From the NCBI GenBank assembly GCA_037133395.1, contig JBAXOG010000004.1, positions 19-64,018 on the forward strand: DNA of 64,000 nucleotides. The letters run 5' to 3'. The notes below the pieces were generated by a model that did no database searches, was not told where the DNA came from, and saw only the letters and a program-made list of their open reading frames with translations. A program made the translations under genes and the position numbers. Shown here piece after piece: positions 1-9,675 of this stretch. How positions within the stretch are numbered: position 1 is the stretch's first letter; each line of letters opens with the position of its first letter. Source of the DNA: a bacterium. GTDB lineage: Bacteria > Verrucomicrobiota > Kiritimatiellia > RFP12 > UBA1067.

Positions 1-309
1 GATGGAACCGTCTTCCCTGATCAGTTCTGGCGCACCAAGCCCGTAGGAAATGTACTGGAGAAACCGTTCAGTGAAATTTGGGGCAATCCCCCGCCGGAGT
101 CGCTGCTCGCCAACCTGCGTCGCAGGAAGGAATTGGTTACAGGCCGTTGCGCAACCTGCCGCTTCCTCGATATCTGCGGCGGCAACTTCCGTGCTCGCGC
201 TGAAGCCGCCACGGGTGATATCTGGGGCGTTGACCCAGCCTGTTACCTCACAGATGAGGAGATATTGCGACCACTGAGTGGTCGCAATAATGAGGTTAAA
301 ACCCCCTGA
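1..309 (+). CDS. ahbC: Radical SAM/SPASM protein, AhbC/NirJ1-like (alternative heme biosynthesis), 5'-truncated C-terminal part
   Basis: Manual frame +1 translation DGTVFPDQFW...GRCATCRFLDICGGNFRARAEAATGDIWGVDPACYLTDEEI..., stop TGA at 307-309. Typical AhbC/NirJ SPASM C-terminus, and it precedes an AhbD-like gene. Confidence 0.75.
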   Translation, partial: DGTVFPDQFWRTKPVGNVLEKPFSEIWGNPPPESLLANLRRRKELVTGRCATCRFLDICGGNFRARAEAATGDIWGVDPACYLTDEEILRPLSGRNNEVKTP

Positions 310-319
310 CCCCTTTCTT

Positions 320-1354
320 ATGCCCCATTCGCACAAAGTCGCATCAACCTCCGGTCCACGCGTGATTGCGTGGGAGGTGACCCGTCGTTGTCCGCTGGCC
401 TGCAAGCATTGCAGAGCTGGAGCGTGCGATGTGCCTTATGAGGGCGAACTGACAACGGATGAATGTAAGCGCGTTATTGATTCGCTGCCTCGGGGGCTGA
501 TGATTATTTGGACCGGCGGTGAGCCGATGTCGCGGCCGGATATTTTTGATCTGGTGCGTTACGCAACGGCGCGGGGCATCCGATCGGTGATGGCACCCTG
601 CGGCATGTTGGTGACCGAGGAATCGATGACGGCTTTAAAAACGGCAGGCGTAATGGCCTGTAGCTTCAGCCTCGATGGTGCGACAGCTTCCACACATGAT
701 GCGTTTCGCGGCGTTGAAGGAGCCTTTGAAATGGTAACGCACGCTATGGATGTCGCCCGGCAAGTCGGCATGCCTTTTCAAGTGAACTGCACGGTTTCAC
801 AACTGAATCGCAGTGAACTGCCAGCTATTCGCGAGCGGGCGATTGCACAGGGTGCAAAGACGTTAGACCTTTTCTTCCTTGTGCCAGTCGGGCGTGGGAA
901 AAATTTGCGTGACTTGGCACTCTCTCCAGTGGATACCGAAGCTACTTTGCGCTGGGCGTTTGAAATGGACGCCAAGGGACCGATTCATGTCCGTGAGACC
1001 TGTGCGCCACAAGCCGTTCGCATCTGGCACGGCTTGGGCAAGCCTGGAAATCATCCGGCGGGCTGCATGGGCGGTAAAAGTTTTGTCTTTATTTCACACA
1101 CGGGGATTCTGCAGCCATGCGGCTTCTTGGATGTGGACAGCGGCAATTTGCGGAATGTGGGTTTTGATTTTCAGAAGGCTTATGCAAACTCAACAGTCTT
1201 CAAAGAACTTTCTGCGCCAGACCAGTATGGAGGCTTTTGTGGGCATTGTGATTTTCGCGTGAGTTGCGGTGGATGCCGTGCACGGGCGTATGCGGCCACA
1301 GGAAATTACATGGGGGTGGAGACCAGTTGTCCGCTGAATCGAGGTACAGTATGA
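320..1354 (+). CDS. ahbD: Radical SAM/SPASM protein, AhbD/NirJ2-like heme b synthase
   Basis: WEVTRRCPLACKHCRA (CxxxCxxC), TGGEP, HDAFRG, GCMGG..F.FISHTG..QPCG, CGHC...CGGCRARAY. ATG at 320 chosen over the upstream alternatives. Confidence 0.7.
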   Translation: MPHSHKVASTSGPRVIAWEVTRRCPLACKHCRAGACDVPYEGELTTDECKRVIDSLPRGLMIIWTGGEPMSRPDIFDLVRYATARGIRSVMAPCGMLVTEESMTALKTAGVMACSFSLDGATASTHDAFRGVEGAFEMVTHAMDVARQVGMPFQVNCTVSQLNRSELPAIRERAIAQGAKTLDLFFLVPVGRGKNLRDLALSPVDTEATLRWAFEMDAKGPIHVRETCAPQAVRIWHGLGKPGNHPAGCMGGKSFVFISHTGILQPCGFLDVDSGNLRNVGFDFQKAYANSTVFKELSAPDQYGGFCGHCDFRVSCGGCRARAYAATGNYMGVETSCPLNRGTV

Positions 1355-2730
1355 ACACAGATTTAATTCGTCGGTTGCCCTCTGTCAGTCGTGTGCTGGA
1401 AACGCTTGAAGCCAAACAGTTGGTGGAGCGTTATGGACACAGTGATGTGGTCGCCGGAATCCAAACGGTTATCGAGGAGGCGCGTACGCAACTGCTGGCA
1501 GGCAAAGAAGAGGGGATGGAGCTTACGACCGAGGCTATTCTGCTGCGCGTGAACAATCAGCTAGAGAGGCAGGATGAACCCGTCTTAAAGTCCGCCATCA
1601 ACGCCACGGGAATCTTGTTGCATACAGGGTTGGGTCGTGCCATGATGCCAGAGGTGGCGCGGCAGGCAGTTGCCTCGGTTGTGGGATGCTGTACCTTGCA
1701 AATGGATTTAACGGATGGTGCGCGCATCCATCGCGAACATGTCATTAAGAACTTAATTTGTAGCCTGACTGGCGCAGAAGATGTGTTGCTGGTGAACAAC
1801 AATGCAGCCGCCACAATCCTCGTGTTGCGCGCATTGGCGAGTGGCAAAGAAGTTATTGTCTCCCGTGGCGAGCTAATTGAAATCGGCGGTGCCTTCCGTC
1901 TGCCCGATATCATGGCGGAAAGCGGCTGTGTCATGTGTGAGATCGGCACCACGAACAAGACGCACCTGCGCGATTACGAACGGGCCGTTACGCCAGAGAC
2001 AGCCATGCTACTCAAAGTGCATAAAAGCAATTATGATATTGTCGGGTTTACGCATGAAGTGACGATTGCAGAACTGGCGGTGTGCGCGCATGCCCGTGGA
2101 CTTCTCGCGGTGGATGATCTGGGATGTGGAGCGATGATTGGTTTGGAACAGTTCGGGCTTGCACATGAGATGACAATGGCCGAGAGCCTGGCTGCGGGTG
2201 CGGACCTTGTATTGTCGAGTACGGATAAGCTCATTGGCGGACCTCAGGGCGGGCTTATTTTGGGTAAGGCGAGTGTGATAGACCGTATTCGCAAGCATCC
2301 GCTGTATCGTGCGATGCGCGTGTGCAAGTTGACGCTCGCGGCCTTGGAAGCGACGTTGCGCCTTTTTAAGAATCCAGCCAAACTCATGCAGACGCACCCG
2401 CTTTACTTTATGCTATCGAGAGCACCGGATGAACTGCGTCAGCAGGCGGATATACTTGCCCAGCAATTGAGCCAGATCATACGTGATGTGAAGGTTTCTG
2501 TTGTTTTGCACGAGGCATTTTTAGGAGGAGGTTCGTTGCCAGGGCAAGCACTGCCGTCGTATGCTGTCCGCATAGATGCCAAAGATGCGTCTGTGTTGGC
2601 GCGACGGTTACGCGAAGCAAGGCATCCGGTTGTTCCGCGTGTCCATGATGGAGCGCTTTATTTGGACATGCGCACGCTTTTCCCGTCTGAATGTGTCAAG
2701 GTCGTTGATACGTTCGGCGCGATACAATAA
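1351..2730 (+). CDS. selA: L-seryl-tRNA(Sec) selenium transferase (selenocysteine synthase)
   Basis: INATGILLHTGLGRA, VNNNAAA, VSRGELIEIGGAFRLPD, EIGTTNKTH, DKLIGGPQ (PLP Lys), GGGSLPG. ATG at 1351 overlaps the ahbD stop (ATGA). Confidence 0.9.
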   Translation: MNTDLIRRLPSVSRVLETLEAKQLVERYGHSDVVAGIQTVIEEARTQLLAGKEEGMELTTEAILLRVNNQLERQDEPVLKSAINATGILLHTGLGRAMMPEVARQAVASVVGCCTLQMDLTDGARIHREHVIKNLICSLTGAEDVLLVNNNAAATILVLRALASGKEVIVSRGELIEIGGAFRLPDIMAESGCVMCEIGTTNKTHLRDYERAVTPETAMLLKVHKSNYDIVGFTHEVTIAELAVCAHARGLLAVDDLGCGAMIGLEQFGLAHEMTMAESLAAGADLVLSSTDKLIGGPQGGLILGKASVIDRIRKHPLYRAMRVCKLTLAALEATLRLFKNPAKLMQTHPLYFMLSRAPDELRQQADILAQQLSQIIRDVKVSVVLHEAFLGGGSLPGQALPSYAVRIDAKDASVLARRLREARHPVVPRVHDGALYLDMRTLFPSECVKVVDTFGAIQ

Positions 2731-2794
2731 ATAAAGGGCAAGATTTATCATGCCCATGCAATAAAGGGCGCGCTATATCGCGCCCGAGTAGGGG
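2730..2794. repeat. Two REP-like 20-bp imperfect palindromes in direct repeat (30-bp period)
   Basis: GGGCAAGATTTATCATGCCC (2736-2755) and GGGCGCGCTATATCGCGCCC (2766-2785), each preceded by AATAAA; GTAGGGG follows at 2788-2794. Confidence 0.6.
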
Positions 2795-2800
2795 TCGTTT

Positions 2801-4228
2801 ATGGATATTATTTTTCCATACGCCGAGGCGTATGCAAGGCTGATGAAGCCATCGCAGGATGTGCAGGAGCGGACAGAAGGCTATCAGGCCCATTTTCATT
2901 GGAGTGAACGCCATTTGCAATGTCTGTGGTTTGATGCGCGGTATCGTCCATCTTTTTTCTGTCTGGCCAACAATGAGACGGTTACTGTGCTTGACCCTGG
3001 CGAGTGGAATTTGGAGGCTGGACCTGATTTTCTCAATGTGACCGTACTGGTCCAACCTGGTGGCCGTCGCATCCGTGGGGATGTTGAGGTGCATGTGCAC
3101 CCATCTGACTGGGATTCGCACGGACATTGCAAAGACAAGGGTTATGACTCGGTGATTGCGCATGTCACTTGGTTTTCAGGACCTGTGGCTAAGACCTTGC
3201 CACAGTCCGTCTTGTCCCTGTCGCTTGCAGAACCGATCACTGCGCGTTTGGATTTATCCTTGGATGATATTGATTTAAAGGCCTATCCGCATAGTGTGTT
3301 ACCCGAAACACCACGTCCCTGCGAAGCTTACTTGAAGAATAATCCCAGTCATGCGCGGGATATGTTGCAGGCAGCAGGACAGTACCGGCTCCAGTCCAAG
3401 GCTTCGCGTATACGCGCACGCTTGGCGCAGTCCGGAGACCGGCATCAGGTCTTCTATGAAGAGTTTATGGCTGCCCTCGGTTATAAAAATAATCAGCAGG
3501 CCTTTCGCGGCTTAGCTCGTTTGGTTCCCGTTACGCAGTTGAAAGGACTTTCCCGGGATGCGGCCTGTGCAAAATTGCTGGCGGTTGCGCGCTTGTTGCC
3601 AAGCCCTGACGTTGCTAGAGACGAGGAGTCGCGCCAATTTATCCGTAGCCTGTGGGATATTGCCTGGAAGCAAGGGGATGAACTCCTGCCTGGCGACCTC
3701 GAGTGGCATCTTCATAATAGTCGGCCACAGAACTCGCCAGTAAGACGCATTGCTGCTGCCTCCACGCTCTTTAGTGGGCTACGCGATCTGCTGTGCGATA
3801 TTGAACATCTGGCATCGATACCTGGACATGCCTGGTTTGCTCAGGTGACCCAGCGTATTGAATCTCACTGCGCATGGCCTCTCTGGAATCAGCGGTTGAG
3901 CATGGGGTCACCTTCTGATGAAGAACATCCTGTTGCCTTGCTGGGGGAGGCACGCATTGCGGCAATCATCACCAATGTCATTTTTCCCTTTGTTGCGGTT
4001 GAGGAGGTACTGCCGCAAGAGGCCATTCTTTATTTGCCGCCCGAAGAAGTGTCCGCCCCCATGCGGCTGACCGCGTTACATCTCTTTGGCCGAGATCATA
4101 ATCCAGCGGTGTTTTATGCGGACAATGGGCTTTTGCAGCAAGGGTTGCTCCAGATCTATTTAGATTTCTGCTTAAATGCAGGTCCGGACTGCGAAGGATG
4201 CTCATTATGCCAGACGTTACAAACGTAA
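2801..4228 (+). CDS. DUF2851 family protein
   Basis: E.HLQ.LW, PGEWNLEAGPDF, GDVEVHVHPSDWDSHGH, VIAHV, RP.N.P.RRIA, C-terminal C...C..C..C. Confidence 0.8.
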   Translation: MDIIFPYAEAYARLMKPSQDVQERTEGYQAHFHWSERHLQCLWFDARYRPSFFCLANNETVTVLDPGEWNLEAGPDFLNVTVLVQPGGRRIRGDVEVHVHPSDWDSHGHCKDKGYDSVIAHVTWFSGPVAKTLPQSVLSLSLAEPITARLDLSLDDIDLKAYPHSVLPETPRPCEAYLKNNPSHARDMLQAAGQYRLQSKASRIRARLAQSGDRHQVFYEEFMAALGYKNNQQAFRGLARLVPVTQLKGLSRDAACAKLLAVARLLPSPDVARDEESRQFIRSLWDIAWKQGDELLPGDLEWHLHNSRPQNSPVRRIAAASTLFSGLRDLLCDIEHLASIPGHAWFAQVTQRIESHCAWPLWNQRLSMGSPSDEEHPVALLGEARIAAIITNVIFPFVAVEEVLPQEAILYLPPEEVSAPMRLTALHLFGRDHNPAVFYADNGLLQQGLLQIYLDFCLNAGPDCEGCSLCQTLQT

Positions 4229-4256
4229 GCGGGATTCGAATTTAAACATTATCGAA

Positions 4257-4285
4257 TTGAGTTTTTGGGATAATTTTTATATACT
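4257..4285 (+). promoter_or_regulatory. Putative sigma70 promoter of metG
   Basis: TTGAGT (4257-4262), 17 bp spacer, TATACT (4280-4285) in an AT-rich intergenic region. Confidence 0.5.
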
Positions 4286-4315
4286 GACATATTTCTTTTA
4301 GAGGAATTTTTCAGT

Positions 4316-6352
4316 GTGAACACAAAGCGAAAAATAGTTGTGACATCGGCCTTACCCTATGCGAATGGGGATATTCATATTGGTCACCTGGTGGAATACC
4401 TGCAAACTGATTTTTGGGTACGTTTTCAGAAGATGCGCAATCATGAATGTCTCTATATTTGTGCTGATGATACGCATGGCACTCCTATCATGTTGCGTGC
4501 ACGCGCTGAAGGCATTTCCCCTGAGACGCTGATTGCCCGCAGCCATGAGCAACATATTAAGGATTTCGCTGACTTCCAGATTCGCTTTGATAATTACTAC
4601 TCGACGAATTCAGAAGAGAATCGGACATTCAGTAATCTTGTTTTTGCCGCGATGCAGAAGAGCGGGGCAATCACGGTTCACGAACTTCCCCAGCTTTATT
4701 GTGAGCATGACGCCATGTTCCTTCCTGACCGGTTTGTCAAGGGAACCTGTCCGAAATGCGGCGCGGAGAATCAGTATGGGGATGCCTGTGATGCATGTGG
4801 GCAGACCTATCCTGCTGAAGAACTCAAGCATGCGACGTGCGTAACATGCGGCTCTACGCCTGTCATGCGCAACAGCGAACATCTCTTCTTTGAACTCGAG
4901 CCGTTCCGTGATTTTCTGAAGGCATGGATTCCGAAGCACACGGCTCCGGACGTGGGGCACAAGCTATTAGAATGGTTTAACGAACCGCTGCGAGGCTGGT
5001 GTATTTCGCGCGACGCACCCTACTTTGGTTTTGAAATTCCGGGGCATCCCGGTAAGTTTTTCTATGTGTGGGTGGATGCACCGATCGGGTATCTGGCTTC
5101 GCTTCAGAAATGGTGTACGGATCACGGGCAGGACATCGATGCTTGGTGGAACAATCCGGAAGCAGAGCTGTATCACTTTATTGGCAAGGACATTGTCCGC
5201 TTTCACTGTCTCTTTTGGCCAACCATGTTGAATGTGGCGGGCATTAAGACCCCGAACCAAGTATTTGTGCATGGTTTCCTGACGGTTAATGGCGAAAAGA
5301 TGAGCAAGTCCAAAGGGACCTTCGTCAAGGCGCGTACGTATCTGGATTATCTGAATCCGCAAGATTTACGTTTCTATTACGCCTGCAAATTGAATGGTAC
5401 GACAGACGATTTGGACATGAACTTGGGCGATTTTGTGAACCGCGTGAACTCTGATCTGGTCGGCAAGATCACAAACTTGGCTTCACGTGGTGCGCAGATG
5501 TTGCACAAGAGCATGGGTGGGCAGACCAGCGTGATGGACGCAGAAGGCCGAGCCTTGTGGCAGGTTGCCTGTGGTCGCTCTGAAGCGGTGGAGGCTTATT
5601 ATGAAGCCCGCGATTTTGGAAAAGTCATGGTCGAGATTCGTGACATCGCGGATGCCGCCAACCAGTACTTTGATACGAAGGCTCCTTGGGCGCTTGTGAA
5701 AACGGACTTGGAAGCTGCGCGACAGGTGATGACCTCTGTGTTGAATATCTTCCGTGTGCTGGCAATTTATTTACAGCCGGTATTGCCAGTCTATTCCGAA
5801 CGCGTTGCGAAACTTTTTGGTGAGCAGGCCTATCAGTGGTCGGATTTAGAAAAGGCGATTGAAAATCACGCCATCAACCCCTACGAATATCTGGCCACGC
5901 GCGTCGATGCAACGGTTGTGGAGAAGATGATCGAGGCGAGTAAGGCTGCGCCTGTAGGGGCGACCGATCGGTCGCCCGTCCCCGCGATCGATCGGTCGCC
6001 CGCTTTGATCGACTCAATCAAAGAGACCATCGATTACGATACCTTCGCAAAGACGGATTTGCGTGTGGCGACGGTTGTCAGTGCCGAATATGTCGAAGGC
6101 GCGGACAAGCTGCTGAAGGTGATGCTGGACATTGGCGAGGCAAAGCCACGCCAAGTGTTCGCAGGCATCCGCAAAGCGTATGCCCCGGCGACGCTCGTAG
6201 GTCGGCAGGTGGTGATGGTTGCGAACCTTGCGGCTCGCAAAATGAAGTTTGGCATGTCTGAAGGAATGATCTTGGCGGCTGGTAATCCGGATGGCTCATT
6301 ATTTGTGGTTTCTCCGGATGCAGGTGCAATTGCTGGGGCCACGGTGAAATAA
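4316..6352 (+). CDS. metG: Methionine--tRNA ligase with C-terminal tRNA-binding (Trbp111-like) domain
   Basis: TSALPYANGDIHIGH, Zn knuckles CPKC/CDAC/CVTC, YVWVDAPIGY, KMSKS, C-terminal VANLAARKMKFGMSEGM. Confidence 0.97.
   Translation: MNTKRKIVVTSALPYANGDIHIGHLVEYLQTDFWVRFQKMRNHECLYICADDTHGTPIMLRARAEGISPETLIARSHEQHIKDFADFQIRFDNYYSTNSEENRTFSNLVFAAMQKSGAITVHELPQLYCEHDAMFLPDRFVKGTCPKCGAENQYGDACDACGQTYPAEELKHATCVTCGSTPVMRNSEHLFFELEPFRDFLKAWIPKHTAPDVGHKLLEWFNEPLRGWCISRDAPYFGFEIPGHPGKFFYVWVDAPIGYLASLQKWCTDHGQDIDAWWNNPEAELYHFIGKDIVRFHCLFWPTMLNVAGIKTPNQVFVHGFLTVNGEKMSKSKGTFVKARTYLDYLNPQDLRFYYACKLNGTTDDLDMNLGDFVNRVNSDLVGKITNLASRGAQMLHKSMGGQTSVMDAEGRALWQVACGRSEAVEAYYEARDFGKVMVEIRDIADAANQYFDTKAPWALVKTDLEAARQVMTSVLNIFRVLAIYLQPVLPVYSERVAKLFGEQAYQWSDLEKAIENHAINPYEYLATRVDATVVEKMIEASKAAPVGATDRSPVPAIDRSPALIDSIKETIDYDTFAKTDLRVATVVSAEYVEGADKLLKVMLDIGEAKPRQVFAGIRKAYAPATLVGRQVVMVANLAARKMKFGMSEGMILAAGNPDGSLFVVSPDAGAIAGATVK
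5954..6001. repeat. GTAG-type REP-like palindrome plus degenerate copy inside the metG coding sequence
   Basis: GTAG (5954-5957) followed by the perfect 20-bp palindrome GGGCGACCGATCGGTCGCCC (5958-5977); second copy GCGATCGATCGGTCGCCC (5984-6001). Confidence 0.7.
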
Positions 6353-6364
6353 GGAAAACGAACG

Positions 6365-9300
6365 ATGAGTGATCAACTTAAAAATGTAGTGGATAGTCAG
6401 GAAGATTCAGGAAAAGACTCGGCGAGACATTTCTTCAAGAAGGAAGACTGGATAGCCTCAATATTGTCGTTTCTTTTTTCGACCTATATTTTTATTTGTA
6501 ACATGGCGCCTGAAGTGACGTTACAAGACTCTGGCGAATTGGTGACGGGCGCATTTACTTTTGGCGTTCCGCATCCGCCCGGATATCCGCTGTGGGCCTT
6601 CCTGGGCTATATTTGGAGCCATTTCATTATTCCCTTTGGTAATCCAGCTTGGCGTATCGGCATGATGTCCGTCTTTACTGGCGGTTTGACTGTGGGTGTG
6701 ATGACGCTGATGATGACACGCAGTACGCGCGTGTTGTTGCATACGCTCCCGTGGTCGAAGAAGATCGATGATCGGTTGCTGCACTGGATTGCTTTGTCTG
6801 TTGGCACGAGCACTTCCTTGCTTTTCGGCTTTAATCGGGGTGTTTGGCTCTGGGCGAGTGTCTCGGAGATGCGCGTGTTGAATGCCTTTTCGTTTATTTT
6901 GATCGCCTGTTTCTTCTTTGCTTGGATGGTGCAACCTCGGCGAAAAGGCTTTCTTTATGCCTCCTTGTTGACGTATGGATTGAGCATGACGAACCATCAG
7001 ACCGTGGCGGTGATGGCTTTGGCGCTGGTGGCGGGTACGTTGGCATTGGGGTTGGATAAGTTTTTTCAGCAACGCGATGAACAGCTTGTGGCAAAAGTAA
7101 AAGTGAAGCCGTTTCAGTTGATGATGACGTCCCTGACGACCTTCTGGGATTTAACCGTTGCGGTACTGTTCAGTTTGGCCGCAGTCTTTTCACTCTTTGC
7201 TTGGTTGCGTCTCGATAGCACGATGGTTCCAAAAATTGTCGCACTTGCAGGGGCGGGCACCTTATTGCTGATTGCCGGATTTAAGGCGGGATGGGTCAGT
7301 CCGCGCTATGCCTTTATTTATACGGGCTTGATCTTGTCTGGCTGCGCACTCTATTTGTACATGCCGATTGCCGCATCGACGAATCCGCCCATGAACTGGG
7401 GTTTTGCTTCCACGAAGGAGGGATTCTTACATGCGATTACGCGGGGTCAATATGAGAAACTTCAAATGGCGGATCCGTGTAGTCCTATTTTCGGCACTCA
7501 AATTTTTGTCTTTGTTCGTGGCATGGTTCGTCAGTATTCATTGGTGCTTTGCTTATTTGGCTTGGTCACTTTGTTGGTCTCGACAGGATGGATCATCCAG
7601 CGGCTCTCCCAGGAGGCTAAAAAATATTTTTGGATTTTGCTCGTGTGGTTGGCCGCAATACCGACGTCTATGATCTTGATTTCCGCTTTGCGCACGGTCG
7701 TTTTGAAGCTACCGCTGGAATTCTCCTGGCAATTGATTATCTGGGGTTTCGGACTCTCAACGCTCCTATGCTTGTTGATTGTCCTTTGGCTCTACCTGGA
7801 ATGGCCAGGACGTTCCTGGGCGATTTTTGTTTGGGCGGCATTCCTTGCCTCCAGCCTTGGGTTGATCATGATTATTAATCCCAAACTGGATCGGCAGGAG
7901 CAAGAGATCACGATTAAGTTCTTTGCGCCAGCGCATGGCTTTTATGCCATGCTGATTGGTTATGGCATTGCGATGACTTTCGCGTTTGTTCTCTCGGTAT
8001 GGCGGACCATTCCCAAGGTGCTCGTCTATGTTGTCTGTATCGCACTGTTGGCGTTGCCCTATATTCCGTATGCGATAAACTGGAGTCTCTGTTCGCTCAC
8101 GACGCATGATTTCGGATATCAGTTCGGCTATCGCATGTTTTGCCCAGGGGGTGGATATCCAGATATGGAGAAGGATGCAGTTTTGTACGGCGGGACAGAT
8201 CCGGGGCGTTTTGTGCCAACCTACATGATCTTCTGCGAAAGCCGTGTGAAGCCTCAGCACCGTTTCCAGAGTCCGCACCTGCCGGAATCAAAGGGGCGCG
8301 ATTTCGATCGTTCGGATGTCTACATCATTACGCAGAATGCTTTGGCGGATGGCACCTACATGAACTATATTCGCGATCATTACGATTATAGTCGTCCCAA
8401 TCCGGAAGATTCCAAGACGCTGGAGAAGTTCAGTCCGTGGCAGCGCAGCGTCTTTAGATGGGGCTGGAATGCACTCGATCGCAAAAATGATTTTCCGAAA
8501 AAGCCGATTCGCATTCCGACTCCGGATGATAGTGCGCGGGCTTTCCAGCAGTTTGTGTCAGAAGTGCAGAGCGGGGCGCGTCCGAATCGCGGGGACATTG
8601 TCATTGAAAATGGCCGTGTGCAAGTGACAGGTGCCTTGGCGGTGATGGAGATCAACGGTATTCTGGCCAAGTATATCTTTGACTGGAACAAGACCAATCA
8701 TGCGTTTTATGTTGAAGAGAGTTACGTCATTCAATGGATGTATCCTTATCTGAGTCCAGCAGGCGTCATCATGAAGATCGAGAAGGAGATGCTGCCCACT
8801 CCGCAGCAGAACCCGAAACTGTGGCAGGATATTGTCGCCAAGGATAAGGCGTACTGGGATAAGTTGACGAAGGAATTTACTGCTCGCGAAGAATTTCGTC
8901 GGAATGCCGATGCAAAGAAATCCTTCTCTAAGATGCGCTCTGCGATCGCAGGTGTTTATTTGTTTCGCGGTATGATGGTTGAGGCAGAATATGCGTTTCG
9001 TCAGTCTGTCGAATTGTGTCCAGAAAGTCCCGAAGGTAATTTTCGGTTGGCGGAACTCTGCATGAATCAACGTCGCTATGCGGATGCGCGTCAGCTCATA
9101 GCTGCCTATCTGGCGATTGATGAATATAATGCGAGCGCAAAGGGTTTCTTGAATCAAATTAATGACATTGAAACCTGCGATAAGCGTCGCACAGCACTTC
9201 AAGCGAAATTAGGTACAGGCGCAGATGTTAATGACGTCATGGAGTTACTGTCGATCTATGCGCGGTTGAATCTGCAAAATGAATTGTCTCAGTTGAGTGG

Positions 9301-9658
9301 CATGGTGCTCAATAACGACAAGGCCCCCCCAGAGTGCCTCTTTCAGGTTGGAACGCTGTTGAATAGCGTGCGGCGTCCAGACCTCGCGGCGAATGCCTTC
9401 CGCCGTTATGTGACGCTTGTGCCGCGCGATCCAAAGGGCTGGGTTGAAATGGGCTGGCTGAGCATCACGCAAAATAAGAGTAACGAAGGGTATGACGCCT
9501 GGCGTCGGGCTGTGGAATTAGGTGGCGAAATCACGCGCAGTCAATTGCGCACAGAAGGTCGTTTCCAGCCCTTGTGGCAGCAGCAGAATTTGCCGCCGCC
9601 CTTCCGAGACTTAGTACAGCCGAGTCGTACGCGCGTGGGTGGAAACTTTGGATTTTAA
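6365..9658 (+). CDS. DUF2723/TMEM260-like (GT-C) membrane glycosyltransferase with C-terminal TPR repeats
   Basis: LQDSGELVTGAFTFGVPHPPGYPLW signature, many TM helices, LYLYMPI...PPMNWG, TPR-like C-terminus (AEYAFRQSVELCPES..., AFRRYVTLVPRDPKGW). Confidence 0.8.
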   Translation: MSDQLKNVVDSQEDSGKDSARHFFKKEDWIASILSFLFSTYIFICNMAPEVTLQDSGELVTGAFTFGVPHPPGYPLWAFLGYIWSHFIIPFGNPAWRIGMMSVFTGGLTVGVMTLMMTRSTRVLLHTLPWSKKIDDRLLHWIALSVGTSTSLLFGFNRGVWLWASVSEMRVLNAFSFILIACFFFAWMVQPRRKGFLYASLLTYGLSMTNHQTVAVMALALVAGTLALGLDKFFQQRDEQLVAKVKVKPFQLMMTSLTTFWDLTVAVLFSLAAVFSLFAWLRLDSTMVPKIVALAGAGTLLLIAGFKAGWVSPRYAFIYTGLILSGCALYLYMPIAASTNPPMNWGFASTKEGFLHAITRGQYEKLQMADPCSPIFGTQIFVFVRGMVRQYSLVLCLFGLVTLLVSTGWIIQRLSQEAKKYFWILLVWLAAIPTSMILISALRTVVLKLPLEFSWQLIIWGFGLSTLLCLLIVLWLYLEWPGRSWAIFVWAAFLASSLGLIMIINPKLDRQEQEITIKFFAPAHGFYAMLIGYGIAMTFAFVLSVWRTIPKVLVYVVCIALLALPYIPYAINWSLCSLTTHDFGYQFGYRMFCPGGGYPDMEKDAVLYGGTDPGRFVPTYMIFCESRVKPQHRFQSPHLPESKGRDFDRSDVYIITQNALADGTYMNYIRDHYDYSRPNPEDSKTLEKFSPWQRSVFRWGWNALDRKNDFPKKPIRIPTPDDSARAFQQFVSEVQSGARPNRGDIVIENGRVQVTGALAVMEINGILAKYIFDWNKTNHAFYVEESYVIQWMYPYLSPAGVIMKIEKEMLPTPQQNPKLWQDIVAKDKAYWDKLTKEFTAREEFRRNADAKKSFSKMRSAIAGVYLFRGMMVEAEYAFRQSVELCPESPEGNFRLAELCMNQRRYADARQLIAAYLAIDEYNASAKGFLNQINDIETCDKRRTALQAKLGTGADVNDVMELLSIYARLNLQNELSQLSGMVLNNDKAPPECLFQVGTLLNSVRRPDLAANAFRRYVTLVPRDPKGWVEMGWLSITQNKSNEGYDAWRRAVELGGEITRSQLRTEGRFQPLWQQQNLPPPFRDLVQPSRTRVGGNFGF

Positions 9659-9675
9659 CGACAGGGGGGAAAGGT

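Noticed and set aside
307-309. UGA stop of the ahbC-like gene as a possible selenocysteine codon, given nearby selA
   Set aside because: It lies beyond the conserved C-terminus, readthrough is not in frame with ahbD, and no SECIS-like hairpin is evident.
302-316. CCCCCTGACCCCTTT and AAGGGGTCAGA (about 52425-52435) as half-sites of another REP-like family
   Set aside because: Too short and unpaired to support from this window alone.
1264-1350. Upstream extensions in the ORF track for selA (also hexokinase 9574, aminotransferase 17179, asnS 59158)
   Set aside because: They overlap the preceding genes; downstream ATGs with SD sequences or stop/start coupling fit the family N-termini better.
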